The notes under the pieces are model-generated. The model ran no database searches, was not told where the DNA came from, and saw nothing but the letters and a program-made list of their open reading frames with translations. From Candidatus Microgenomatus sp. (GTDB lineage Bacteria; Patescibacteriota; Minisyncoccia; UBA6257; GWB1-50-10), in NCBI GenBank assembly GCA_020724805.1, contig DYGI01000001.1:175157-239156 (forward strand): 64,000 bases of DNA, read 5' to 3'. A program made the position numbers and the translations under genes. Of this stretch, positions 7,430 to 16,484 are shown one piece after another (positions within the stretch are counted from its first letter, which is position 1; each line of letters begins with the position of its first letter).

Positions 7430-8365
7430 ATGAAAAAGAACATTGCAGTAATTGTTATTTCGGCGGCGCTTGTGGTGCCCATGTTTGTGGGCGCACAAGA
7501 CGGCGCTACGAACGCGTCCGAAAGGGCGCGCGAAGAAGTGAAGGAATTGCAGGAAAGCTTAAAGAAAGAAGCGGAAAGGATTCGTGAGCAGGCGAAGCAA
7601 GAAACGGAACGTGTCCGTGGAGAGGTGCGCGCGCAGGCACAAAACATCTCGCCGCTCACTAAAGAGGCGGTAGAAGCGTTGAAAATGCGTAGAGAGGAAG
7701 CGCAGAAGCAGATGGAAGCGGCTCGCGAAGCGGCGAAGCAACAATTGGAAATGCGCCGTGAAGAGGCAAAGCAGCTTATGGAGACGAAGAGGGAAGAGCT
7801 GAAGCAGCGCCTGGAAATATTGAAGGATCAGAAAAAGGCGGAAATCGTAACACGTGTATACGACAAGGTGAGCGAATTGAATGCGCGCCTTACGAGCCAC
7901 TACCTTAAAGTGTTAGAGCAGATCGAAAAAGTGCTCGCGAATGTTAAAAGCCGCACCGACAAAGCGGAGACGGCGGGGCTTAACGTCGCAGCGGTACGTG
8001 CGGCAATCACGAGCGCGGAAGCAGCAATCGCCACGAGCCGTGCGGCGGTGCAGGTACAAGCGGGGAAGAGCTACTCAATAAACGTAGACACTTCCTCCGA
8101 GACAGTTGCGAGCTCCACGCTTCGTTCCAACGTTGCGGCGGCGCGTGACGCCCTGAGGAATGACCTGAACGCGGTGCGCAACACCGTGCGTGCGGCGCAT
8201 GAGGGGGTACGCGTGGCGGCGGTAACGCTCGCACAGATTCCCCGCGTGGACGACGTGGATAATGATGACGATGAGGACGACGACGAGAACGCCACATCCA
8301 CGGCAACTTCCACGCCTCCTACGACAACCTCGACTGCCACTTCAACGGCGACGAGCACGCCATAA
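7430..8365 (+). CDS. Secreted coiled-coil protein with acidic stretch and ATSTATST tail
   Basis: Signal peptide, E/K/R/Q-rich helices, Thr/Ser-rich C-terminus. Confidence 0.75.
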   Translation: MKKNIAVIVISAALVVPMFVGAQDGATNASERAREEVKELQESLKKEAERIREQAKQETERVRGEVRAQAQNISPLTKEAVEALKMRREEAQKQMEAAREAAKQQLEMRREEAKQLMETKREELKQRLEILKDQKKAEIVTRVYDKVSELNARLTSHYLKVLEQIEKVLANVKSRTDKAETAGLNVAAVRAAITSAEAAIATSRAAVQVQAGKSYSINVDTSSETVASSTLRSNVAAARDALRNDLNAVRNTVRAAHEGVRVAAVTLAQIPRVDDVDNDDDEDDDENATSTATSTPPTTTSTATSTATSTP

Positions 8366-8393
8366 GGTCGTAATACGTTAAAGACCAAATCAT

Positions 8394-8636
8394 ATGGACG
8401 GACAAAATCCAGCAATGATGCCGGAGAAAAAAGGGAAGGGGTGGCTCGTGTGGGCAGTGATCATCGCGATCATCGTGCTCGCTGCCATCTTCATCTTTTG
8501 GGAAGGGCCGGTGGCGACACCGGAGATCGGCACCGAGGACACCACTTCGGCGATCGACGCGCAACTCGGGAGCATCGATCTCGGCAATCTTGAGGCCGAG
8601 CTTGGTGACATCGACGCGGACCTGAACCAGCTTTAG
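8394..8636 (+). CDS. Small single-pass membrane protein
   Basis: One TM helix plus acidic tail; followed by a terminator. Confidence 0.65.
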   Translation: MDGQNPAMMPEKKGKGWLVWAVIIAIIVLAAIFIFWEGPVATPEIGTEDTTSAIDAQLGSIDLGNLEAELGDIDADLNQL

Positions 8637-8651
8637 TATTCGGCGCATTCA

Positions 8652-8679
8652 AGAAAACGCCCCTTGAGGGGCGTTTTCG
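8652..8679 (+). terminator. Intrinsic terminator-like hairpin
   Basis: gaaaacgcccc-ttga-ggggcgttttc. Confidence 0.65.
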
Positions 8680-8693
8680 TTTATAATATTCGC

Positions 8694-9182
8694 ATGCTTA
8701 CGCTCGAAGAAATGCTCGTTCGTCTCGCGGTTGCGGTGGCGCTTGGTGCTATTGTCGGATTTGGTCGGGAAATGGCGGGAAAAGAAGCGGGGGTGAGGAC
8801 CGACATCATTGTGGCGGCGGGTGCGGCGCTTTTCACCGTCGCGGCACTTATGCTGCCTTATCTTATTGCGAGCTCTCCCGAGCATTTGAATGACATAATG
8901 GCACGAAACAGCGGGTTCCTTTCGCTTATCGGGAATGTGGTGGTCGGTATCGGTTTTCTCGGTGCCGGCATCATCGTAAAACAAGGGGTACACGTACGGA
9001 GCGTGACCACTGCGGCGACGGTGTGGTTTGTGGCGGCGCTTGGCGTGCTCTCTGGCCTTGGGCTTCTCCTTTTCGCCGGCATCGCGGGCGTAGCACTCAC
9101 TATTCTCCTCGCAATTTTAGGGAAGATAGATCTCAAGCGTGCGCTTGCGGAGGAAGGGCACGGCGCACATCGGGATTTGTAG
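8694..9182 (+). CDS. MgtC/SapB family membrane protein
   Basis: G.GRE..GKEAGVRT, VVGIGFLGAG, TTAATVW; ATG 6 nt after TATAAT. Confidence 0.9.
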   Translation: MLTLEEMLVRLAVAVALGAIVGFGREMAGKEAGVRTDIIVAAGAALFTVAALMLPYLIASSPEHLNDIMARNSGFLSLIGNVVVGIGFLGAGIIVKQGVHVRSVTTAATVWFVAALGVLSGLGLLLFAGIAGVALTILLAILGKIDLKRALAEEGHGAHRDL

Positions 9183-9186
9183 GAGC

Positions 9187-10482
9187 ATGAAATCTTTCTA
9201 CATGGATTACGCCGCGGCGACGCCGGTGGACCCTCGCGTATTTGGCGCGATGCGTCCGTATTTTGATATGAAGTTCGGGAACCCCGGCTCCCTCCATGCG
9301 CGCGGAGCGGAAGCTCTCGCCGCGCTTGATAGCGCGCGCGAAACGGTTGCGCACGCGATAGGGGAAGATTTTCGAAACGTGGTGTTCACTGCGTCCGCGA
9401 CGGAGGCGAATAATCTCGCGCTCCGTGGCGTGGTGCGCGGGTATAAAGACTTGGGTTCAGGGTCTAGGAAAAAAAATTCTCTAACCCCTAACCCCCACAC
9501 CCTAACTCCTCGGATCGTTGTTTCTGCGGTGGAGCATGATTCGGTACTTGAAACGGCGCGGGATATGGAACATGCGGGCGAGGCGGAAGTGGTAATAATT
9601 CCCGTCGATAAAAAAGGAGCGGTGGACCTCAAGAAGCTGGAAGCGGCGCTCGACGAAAGGACCGCGCTTGTGTCGGTGATGTACGTCAATAATGAACTTG
9701 GCACGGTGCAGCCGATAGCTGAGATTGCGGAAATCGTCCGCCGTCACAAGTCGCCAGTGAATGGTTATCCGTTATTTCACACCGATGCAGCGCAGGCGTT
9801 TCTATACTACCCATGCAATCTCAAAGAACTTGGAGTGGATCTGATGACGCTCTCCTCGCAAAAAATATATGGACCGAAAGGCGCAGGCGCGCTGATATTA
9901 GGGAATAGGGTTCAGGGTCTAGGGTCTAGAAAAGAGAGTTCCCTAATCCCGAGTCACTATGCTCTAGCCCCCATCCTTACGGGGGGCGGTCAGGAATTCA
10001 ATCTCCGTGCCGGTACGGAAAATGTGCCGGCGATAGTGGGGCTTGGTATTGCCGCGGGGCTCGCCGAAAAGGAGCGCTCAAAAAACTTTACCAGAACCGA
10101 AAAGGTTCGTGATGTTTTTGTGAGCGAGTTGAAACGCATGATTCCCGGCGCGGAAGAAAATGCACGAGGGGACGCGCCGCACATCGCAAATATCGCGTTC
10201 CCGGAAGGTATATCGGCGGAGGACCTCCTCGTGCTTTTCGACCGTGCGGACATCGCAGCGAGTCCTGGTGCGGCGTGCAGCGCGCGAGCGCTCACCCTCT
10301 CTCACGTGCTCCGCGCCATAGGAATTTCGGACGAGCGCATCACGCGGAGCATTCGCTTCAGTTTCGGCCGCGGTATCACCGAGAAAGACGCACGCGACGC
10401 GGCACGCGTAATCGGGAAAATCGTAACGTCGTTACCCGTTGCGAGCGGCGTTACCTTTTCAAGGAAAAATCGTAATATATAG
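9187..10482 (+). CDS. iscS: Cysteine desulfurase (IscS/NifS class I) with two repeat-derived loop insertions
   Basis: YMDYAAATP, ATEANN, HTDAAQ, SSQKIYGPKG (PLP Lys), GAACS catalytic Cys. Confidence 0.9.
   Translation: MKSFYMDYAAATPVDPRVFGAMRPYFDMKFGNPGSLHARGAEALAALDSARETVAHAIGEDFRNVVFTASATEANNLALRGVVRGYKDLGSGSRKKNSLTPNPHTLTPRIVVSAVEHDSVLETARDMEHAGEAEVVIIPVDKKGAVDLKKLEAALDERTALVSVMYVNNELGTVQPIAEIAEIVRRHKSPVNGYPLFHTDAAQAFLYYPCNLKELGVDLMTLSSQKIYGPKGAGALILGNRVQGLGSRKESSLIPSHYALAPILTGGGQEFNLRAGTENVPAIVGLGIAAGLAEKERSKNFTRTEKVRDVFVSELKRMIPGAEENARGDAPHIANIAFPEGISAEDLLVLFDRADIAASPGAACSARALTLSHVLRAIGISDERITRSIRFSFGRGITEKDARDAARVIGKIVTSLPVASGVTFSRKNRNI
9451..9510. repeat. Inverted heptamer (TAGGGnn/nnCCCTA) hairpin, in frame in iscS
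   Basis: ttgggtt cagggtc tagg - A-rich loop - ctctaac ccctaac ccccaca ccctaac. Confidence 0.75.
9899..9972. repeat. Inverted heptamer hairpin, in frame in iscS
   Basis: tagggaa tagggtt cagggtc tagggtc taga - loop - ccctaat cccgagt cactatg ctctagc. Confidence 0.75.
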
Positions 10483-10512
10483 TAAAGTCGAAAAGGTGAG
10501 TATATTTATTTT

Positions 10513-11283
10513 ATGGACGAAAAAGTGAGAAGTTATCTCGGAGGTGCGGCGGTGATCGGTATTCTTGCGGTGTCGTATGCGGCGGTAGTGGGTGTGCGAA
10601 CGTATTCGCAGTCCATTGAACCGTCCTCTTTCCGGAGTTTTTCCGTGACGGCGGACGCGAAAGTGGTGGCGGTGCCCGATGTGGCGGCGTTCACGGCGAG
10701 CGTTATCACGGAGGGAGGTCTCGATCTCGGAGCGCTCCAGGAAGCGAATATCGAGAAAACGAACGCGGTCATTGCATACGTGAAAGATGAAGGAGTAGAC
10801 GAGAAGGATGTGAAGACGGAAGGGTACTCGGTGGAGCCGCGGTATCAGTATTACGGTTGCGAAACGGGCACATGTCCGCCCCCGCGTATTGTGGGATATA
10901 CGGTACGCCAGACCGTGTCCGTGAAGGTGCGTGATTTTGCGAAAGCGGGCGAGATATTGGGCGGCGTGGTGACGAAGGGAGCGAACTCGGTGTCGTCACT
11001 CTCGTTCACTATTGATGACCCTACCGAAGTGCAGGCCGAAGCGCGCGCCGAGGCGATTGAAAAGGCAAAAGCGAAAGCGAGAGTAATTGCGGACGAAGCA
11101 GGCTTCAACGTGGGCCGACTCCTCTCCATTGACGAGGGAGGATACGTGCCCCCGATGCCTTACTACTATCGCGAGGCATATGGTATGGGAGGCGCAGGTG
11201 ACGCGGCGAAAGTTGCCGCATCCATTGAACCGGGGTCGCAGGATGTTACCGTGACAGTGACACTTCGGTATGAAATTCGGTAA
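10513..11283 (+). CDS. SIMPL domain (DUF541) protein
   Basis: V...PDVA, AR.EAI.KAKAKA..IA, IEPG.Q.VTVTVTL.Y. Confidence 0.9.
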   Translation: MDEKVRSYLGGAAVIGILAVSYAAVVGVRTYSQSIEPSSFRSFSVTADAKVVAVPDVAAFTASVITEGGLDLGALQEANIEKTNAVIAYVKDEGVDEKDVKTEGYSVEPRYQYYGCETGTCPPPRIVGYTVRQTVSVKVRDFAKAGEILGGVVTKGANSVSSLSFTIDDPTEVQAEARAEAIEKAKAKARVIADEAGFNVGRLLSIDEGGYVPPMPYYYREAYGMGGAGDAAKVAASIEPGSQDVTVTVTLRYEIR

Positions 11284-12493
11284 AAGAGAGGTTCTTACAC
11301 TCATCGTAATTGCGGGAATAACGGGAGGCGCGATTGGAGGCGCGATGGCGCCTTCCTTCGTGTCCGCCAGTTTCCTGGACGATATAAAAACATTTTTCGG
11401 CATCCCGACGCCGGTACCCGAGGAGCCGAGTCCCGCGCCAAGTCCCACCGTACCTCTCTACAAGCCGGTCATCGATTATGAAGAAGCAGTGGTGAGCGCG
11501 GTAGAAACCGCAACGCCCTCAGTGGTGTCCATTGTTATCTCCAAAGATGTGCCGGTTATCGAACGATGCCCCTACGATCCCTTTGGCGATCTCCCTCCCG
11601 AGTTCCGCGATTTCTTCGGAGGAGGATTCGAAGGATTTTACGCGCCATGCGAGCGCGGTACCGAACGCCGTGAAGTAGGCGGCGGCTCCGGTTTCATCGT
11701 GTCTTCGGACGGGCTTGTGGTGACGAATAAACATGTGGTGGCTGACACATCCGCGGACTACACCGTATTTACGAGTGACGGAAAGAAATACGACGCGGAG
11801 GTGATAGCGCGCGATCCGTTGCAGGACCTCGCGGTTCTTAGAATCCCCGGGGCCGGATTTACGTCGGCGAAGCTCGGCAATTCCGACTCGTTGAAACTCG
11901 GTCAGACCGCGATTGCGATAGGGAATTCGCTCGGCGAGTTTAAAAACACGGTCTCGGTGGGCGTTATTTCCGGCCTTGCGCGGAACATCACCGCGTCTGG
12001 CGAAGGATTCGGCACCGAACTTATTCAGGGCGTCATCCAAACCGATGCGGCCATCAACCCAGGGAATTCCGGCGGCCCCCTTCTGAATCTCAAAGGGGAG
12101 GTGATAGGTATCAATGTGGCAACCGCCTCGGGCGCCGAGAATATCGGATTTGCCATTCCCGTAAACCGCGCGAAGCGCGCGATAGAGTCCGTGAAACGGA
12201 CCGGCACCATCGAGTCACCGTACCTTGGCATACGCTATGTGATGACCGAAGAAGGAGCGCGGGTGGGGGGCACGAAAGAAGGTCCCGGGGTTATCCCGAA
12301 TTCTCCGGCGGCTGCGGCTGGTATCCGCGCGGATGACCTTATAGAGAAAATGAATGGCGAGCAGTTGAACGAAGAAAACCCGCTCGGTGCGGTCATCCAG
12401 AAATATGGCGTAGGGGATACGGTGACGCTTACGGTGAAGCGGGGAGAGGAAACGCTCGCGATTCCCGTAACGCTCGGGAAGCGTCCCGAGTGA
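11270..12493 (+). CDS. HtrA/DegP-like serine protease with PDZ domain
   Basis: TNKHV, DLAVL, IQTDAAINPGNSGGPL triad; C-terminal PDZ. Confidence 0.93.
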   Translation: MKFGKREVLTLIVIAGITGGAIGGAMAPSFVSASFLDDIKTFFGIPTPVPEEPSPAPSPTVPLYKPVIDYEEAVVSAVETATPSVVSIVISKDVPVIERCPYDPFGDLPPEFRDFFGGGFEGFYAPCERGTERREVGGGSGFIVSSDGLVVTNKHVVADTSADYTVFTSDGKKYDAEVIARDPLQDLAVLRIPGAGFTSAKLGNSDSLKLGQTAIAIGNSLGEFKNTVSVGVISGLARNITASGEGFGTELIQGVIQTDAAINPGNSGGPLLNLKGEVIGINVATASGAENIGFAIPVNRAKRAIESVKRTGTIESPYLGIRYVMTEEGARVGGTKEGPGVIPNSPAAAAGIRADDLIEKMNGEQLNEENPLGAVIQKYGVGDTVTLTVKRGEETLAIPVTLGKRPE

Positions 12494-12500
12494 GCATTAG

Positions 12501-12587
12501 TCCCGTTAGAAGTCGCGCTCGTCCGCGATTGTACTCAATCGGGACGAGTCCCTCGCGGGACCGCTGACGCGGCTACTTCTAACGGGA
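12501..12587. mobile_element. MITE-like element, TIR TCCCGTTAGAAGT, flanked by (A)TTAG duplication
   Basis: attag|tcccgttagaagt...acttctaacggga|ttag; same TIR at 48536-48654. Confidence 0.75.
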
Positions 12588-12614
12588 TTAGCACTCGAGG
12601 TATGGTATTGCTAA
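12588..12614 (+). promoter_or_regulatory. CIRCE-like HrcA operator upstream of clpB
   Basis: TTAGCACTC-N9-TATTGCTAA (2 mismatches to consensus GAGTGCTAA). Confidence 0.75.
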
Positions 12615-12637
12615 TTCATCGATTTTCGCTATCATAG

Positions 12638-12695
12638 AAGGGCATAGGGGATAGGGTCTAGAAATTTTCCTAACCCCTAAACCCTAAACCCTAAT
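12638..12695. repeat. Inverted heptamer hairpin in clpB leader
   Basis: aagggca tagggga tagggtc taga - aattt - tcctaac ccctaaa ccctaaa ccctaat. Confidence 0.75.
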
Positions 12696-12699
12696 TCTC

Positions 12700-15345
12700 A
12701 TGCCAAACTTTCATCGTTTCACCCTAAAAGCACAGGAAGCGTTGCAGGCGGCACAGGAACTTGTGGCGCGGTTGAATCATGGAGAGCTGAAAGGGCTTCA
12801 CCTTCTTGCTGCGCTTCTTGAGGATGAGTCGACGCTCGTGCGTCCGCTTCTCACACGCGGCCAAGTGGATCTCGCGTCGCTTGAAACGGAACTCGACACA
12901 AAACTTGCCGCACTCCCGAAGATAGTTTCGGCACATGGTGCGGTGGGCCAACTTTATCTTTCAACCGAGCTTATGCGGGTGCTTGACCGCGCGGCGGAAG
13001 CGGCGCGGCGGCAGAAAGACGATTTTATTTCGTGCGAGCACCTCGTACTCGCACTCCTCGAAGTTCCGGGGCCCGCGTCGGAACTTTTGACACGAATGGG
13101 AGCTCGCCGCGACACGCTTTTTCGCACGCTCGCGGAGCTTCGGGGCTCCGTACGGGTTACCGACGAAACGCCGGAGACAAAATTCCAGGTGCTCGACAAA
13201 TATGCGGTGAACCTTACCGATAAAGCGAAAGAAGGAAAGCTGGACCCGGTTATCGGACGCGAGAATGAGCTTGAACGGGTGATGCAAATTCTCTCGCGCC
13301 GCACGAAGAACAACCCCATCCTTATCGGTGAACCAGGCGTGGGGAAAACCGCCATCGTGGAAGGATTGGCGCAGATGATCGTGGGCGGGAACGTTCCCGA
13401 ATCCCTGAAGGAAAAAGAGATCGTGATGCTCGACATCGGCTCGCTCATCGCCGGCACAAAATTCCGAGGAGAATTCGAGGATAGACTGAAGGCATTTTTG
13501 AAGGAGCTCCAAAATGCTCAAGGGCGCATCATCCTTTTCATCGACGAGATCCACATGATCGTAGGCGCCGGTGCCGCGGAAGGCGCGGTGGACGCCGCGA
13601 ACCTTTTGAAACCCGCGCTCGCGCGTGGCGAGCTTCACGCGATAGGCGCGACGACGTTCAAGGAATATCAGAAGCACATCGAAAAAGACCCCGCGCTCGA
13701 ACGCAGATTCCAGCCGGTCACGGTGGAGGAACCGACCCTCGAGGATTCCATTTCCATACTTCGGGGACTCAAGGAAAAATACGAAACGCATCACGGCCTT
13801 CGTATCACGGACGATTCGCTTGTGGCGGCAGTGGAACTTTCGGCGCGTTATATCACGGACCGATTTCTTCCCGACAAAGCGGTAGACCTTATCGATGAGG
13901 CGGCAGCGGCGCGGCGATTGGAATCCGACAGCGTACCTTCGGAACTTTCCAAAGTTCGCAAAGAACTTACGCGCCTCGAGATCGAGCGCGCGGCGCTCGA
14001 GAAGGAAGGGACGAAAGGTCCGCGCATAAAGGCGTTGCAAAAGGAAATTGCGAAACTCAAAGAACGCCACGAAGGACTCGCGGCGGAATGGCACACCGAG
14101 AAGTTGGTGTTTGAAAATCTTCACACGTCACGGAAGAAAATCGAGGATTTGAAACGGACGGCCGAAAAAGCGGAACGCGAGGGAGATTTGGAGAAGGTAG
14201 CTCAAGTTCTCTACGGCGAATTGCCGGAGGCGGAAAAGCAATACCACACGTTCGAGCGACGGTATGCGGGCGCGTCGAAAAAGCCCGCGAAGGGAAGCAA
14301 AGTGCCGCATTTCATACGGGAAACGGTGGAGAAAGAAGATATCGCCGCAGTGGTAGCGCGGTGGACCGGTATCCCGACCGCGAAGATGTTGGAGTCCGAA
14401 CTCGAAAAACTTTCTCGCATCGAAGACGTGCTCGAGAAGCGTGTGGTGGGACAGCGTGAAGCGGTCTCGGCCGTGGCGCGTGCGCTCCGCCGCTCAAGGG
14501 CGGGACTTGCGGACGAGGATAGGCCCGCGGGCTCATTCATGTTCCTGGGGCCCACCGGGGTGGGAAAAACGGAGCTTGCGCGCACTCTTGCGGAGTTCAT
14601 GTTCAACGATGAAAAGGCGCTTATCCGCATCGATATGTCGGAATATATGGAGCGACATGCGGTCGCGCGCCTCATTGGGAGCCCTCCGGGATATGTGGGG
14701 CACGAAGAGGGGGGACAATTGACCGAGCTGGTACGTCACCGGCCCTACTCGCTCATCCTTTTCGATGAGATAGAAAAGGCGCACCCCGAGGTCTTCAACA
14801 TTCTTCTCCAGATGTTGGACCACGGGCGTTTGACCGACGGCAAGGGGAAGCACGTGAATTTCAAGAACGCCATCATCATTCTCACTTCGAACGTCGGGAG
14901 TGAGTATTTCCGCGAGATGTCCGGGGTTGGTTTTGCGGCGGCGAACGAGGAAGAGTTCCTTCTTAAAGAAGAGCAATTTCGTGATAAGGTATGGGAGGCC
15001 CTCAAAGACACTTTCAAACCGGAATTTCTGAACCGTTTGGACGAGGTGGTTATATTCAACGCGCTTTCGCCGAAAGAAGTGGCGCGCATCGTAGATATCC
15101 AGCTCGCGCGTCTTGGGGTTCGGCTTGCGAAAAAAGGCATCACGCTTGCGGTGCGCCCGGAGGTACGCGAATATCTTGTGGCGCACGGATTCGACCCTGA
15201 TTATGGCGCGCGTCCGGTGAAGCGCCTCATCGAAAAAACCATCGTGGATGCGCTCGCGGACCGGATGGTAAAAGGCAATGTACCCCATGGAAAGAAAATT
15301 ACCGTTTCGCTTACCAAGTCAGACCGCGTGGCGGTCATCGGCTAG
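12700..15345 (+). CDS. clpB: ATP-dependent chaperone ClpB
   Basis: Clp N-domain, two AAA+ modules (GEPGVGKT, GPTGVGKT), long coiled-coil middle domain, 881 aa. Confidence 0.9.
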   Translation: MPNFHRFTLKAQEALQAAQELVARLNHGELKGLHLLAALLEDESTLVRPLLTRGQVDLASLETELDTKLAALPKIVSAHGAVGQLYLSTELMRVLDRAAEAARRQKDDFISCEHLVLALLEVPGPASELLTRMGARRDTLFRTLAELRGSVRVTDETPETKFQVLDKYAVNLTDKAKEGKLDPVIGRENELERVMQILSRRTKNNPILIGEPGVGKTAIVEGLAQMIVGGNVPESLKEKEIVMLDIGSLIAGTKFRGEFEDRLKAFLKELQNAQGRIILFIDEIHMIVGAGAAEGAVDAANLLKPALARGELHAIGATTFKEYQKHIEKDPALERRFQPVTVEEPTLEDSISILRGLKEKYETHHGLRITDDSLVAAVELSARYITDRFLPDKAVDLIDEAAAARRLESDSVPSELSKVRKELTRLEIERAALEKEGTKGPRIKALQKEIAKLKERHEGLAAEWHTEKLVFENLHTSRKKIEDLKRTAEKAEREGDLEKVAQVLYGELPEAEKQYHTFERRYAGASKKPAKGSKVPHFIRETVEKEDIAAVVARWTGIPTAKMLESELEKLSRIEDVLEKRVVGQREAVSAVARALRRSRAGLADEDRPAGSFMFLGPTGVGKTELARTLAEFMFNDEKALIRIDMSEYMERHAVARLIGSPPGYVGHEEGGQLTELVRHRPYSLILFDEIEKAHPEVFNILLQMLDHGRLTDGKGKHVNFKNAIIILTSNVGSEYFREMSGVGFAAANEEEFLLKEEQFRDKVWEALKDTFKPEFLNRLDEVVIFNALSPKEVARIVDIQLARLGVRLAKKGITLAVRPEVREYLVAHGFDPDYGARPVKRLIEKTIVDALADRMVKGNVPHGKKITVSLTKSDRVAVIG

Positions 15346-16018
15346 CGCGCTCGCCCTCGCGCTCATTTCGCTTTGGCTTGCGGCCGGGGAATTCGGGGTC
15401 GGCTCATTTGTCCTTTTCGCGCTTGCGCTCGGCGCATTGACGCTCCAATTTTCAGAATGGCGTCGCGTGCGATTCTCGTGGTATGCGCTTACGCTGGTGA
15501 GCGGTATATTGTTTTCTCGCGCGACCCCGATGCTTATGGCGCCGTGGTTCGAGGCGGCGCTTGTGGGCGCGCTTAGCGCACTTCTTTTTCTTTCCGCCGC
15601 GGCGCTTCGTGATCCGCACCGTATCATTCCCCGCGTGCTTACCGTGACGCTCACGCTCCTCGCCGCGTTCCTCTTTTTCCGCGATTCATCGTGGCTCACA
15701 TTCGCGGTGTTTATATTGGTTACGGCACTCACCGCACGCGATGAGGCGCGCTCATGGGGCGCGCTTCGGGTGGGGGAAGGGAAGCTCATGGGCGCCGCGG
15801 TGGCGCTTGTGGGCGCCGAACTCGCCGCGTTCATCGGTTTACTCCCCCTAGGGTCCGCGCGTGCAGCGGCGCTCGCCGCATTCGTGCTTCTTTTGGTCCG
15901 CGAGGGGCTTTCCGAAGCCCTCCAAGGCGGACTCCGCCCGGTGGTCCTGTTCCGCGGTCTCGCCGTGTTTTTTACGTGCGCGGTGCTTCTCTTTGCATCA
16001 GTACATTGGGGAGTCTAG
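15287..16018 (+). CDS. Multi-pass membrane hypothetical protein
   Basis: About 8 hydrophobic segments; overlaps the clpB 3' end; start uncertain. Confidence 0.65.
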   Translation: MERKLPFRLPSQTAWRSSASALALALISLWLAAGEFGVGSFVLFALALGALTLQFSEWRRVRFSWYALTLVSGILFSRATPMLMAPWFEAALVGALSALLFLSAAALRDPHRIIPRVLTVTLTLLAAFLFFRDSSWLTFAVFILVTALTARDEARSWGALRVGEGKLMGAAVALVGAELAAFIGLLPLGSARAAALAAFVLLLVREGLSEALQGGLRPVVLFRGLAVFFTCAVLLFASVHWGV

Positions 16019-16043
16019 GGACTAGGGGATAGGGTATAGTGAA
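16009..16043 (+). repeat. G-rich heptamer array, left flank of four-helix-bundle gene
   Basis: gggagtc tagggac tagggga tagggta tagtgaa. Confidence 0.8.
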
Positions 16044-16046
16044 AGA

Positions 16047-16406
16047 GTGAAAAGCCACCGGGAGTTGGAAGTTTGGAAAAGAAGCATGGAACTCGTAAAG
16101 AAAGTCTACGAGCTTACCAGTAAATTTCCCCCATCAGAGACGTGCGGAATCATAAGTCAAATCCGCCGTGCCTCCGTTTCTATTCCTTCGAATATCGCAG
16201 AAGGATATCAGCGTGGCTCTCGAAAGGAATATTTGAATTTCATAAGAATCTCTTTTGGATCTGGTGCAGAGCTCGAAACACAGCTTGAGTTGGCAAAAGA
16301 GCTTTCGTTAGCGCCCTCGAAGGATTTTGAGGTCCCAGAGCAACTTCTCAATGAGGCTATGCGGATGCTGAATGGACTTATCCACAGCCTCGCTTCTAGG
16401 CCCTAG
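16047..16406 (+). CDS. Four helix bundle protein (23S rRNA IVP-like / Avd-like fold)
   Basis: L.VW..SM.L...Y.LT..FP..E...SQIRRASVSIPSNIAEG, S.GS..ELETQL. Confidence 0.92.
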   Translation: MKSHRELEVWKRSMELVKKVYELTSKFPPSETCGIISQIRRASVSIPSNIAEGYQRGSRKEYLNFIRISFGSGAELETQLELAKELSLAPSKDFEVPEQLLNEAMRMLNGLIHSLASRP

Positions 16407-16428
16407 CCCCTATACCCCAGTCCCTATC
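16394..16428 (+). repeat. C-rich heptamer array, right flank (inverse of left flank)
   Basis: ttctagg ccctagc ccctata ccccagt ccctatc. Confidence 0.8.
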
Positions 16429-16484
16429 TTCTTCCGTAACTACGAGGGGGATTTCTTCGTTTTATCTGATGAGCGCGGAAAAAC

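Noticed and set aside
12668-12695. Plant-telomere-like CCCTAAA repeats as eukaryotic contamination
   Set aside because: Only 3-4 degenerate units, embedded in continuous bacterial gene context and part of a local heptamer family.
16047-16406. Diversity-generating retroelement suggested by the Avd-like fold
   Set aside because: No reverse transcriptase and no template/variable repeat pair seen in the window.
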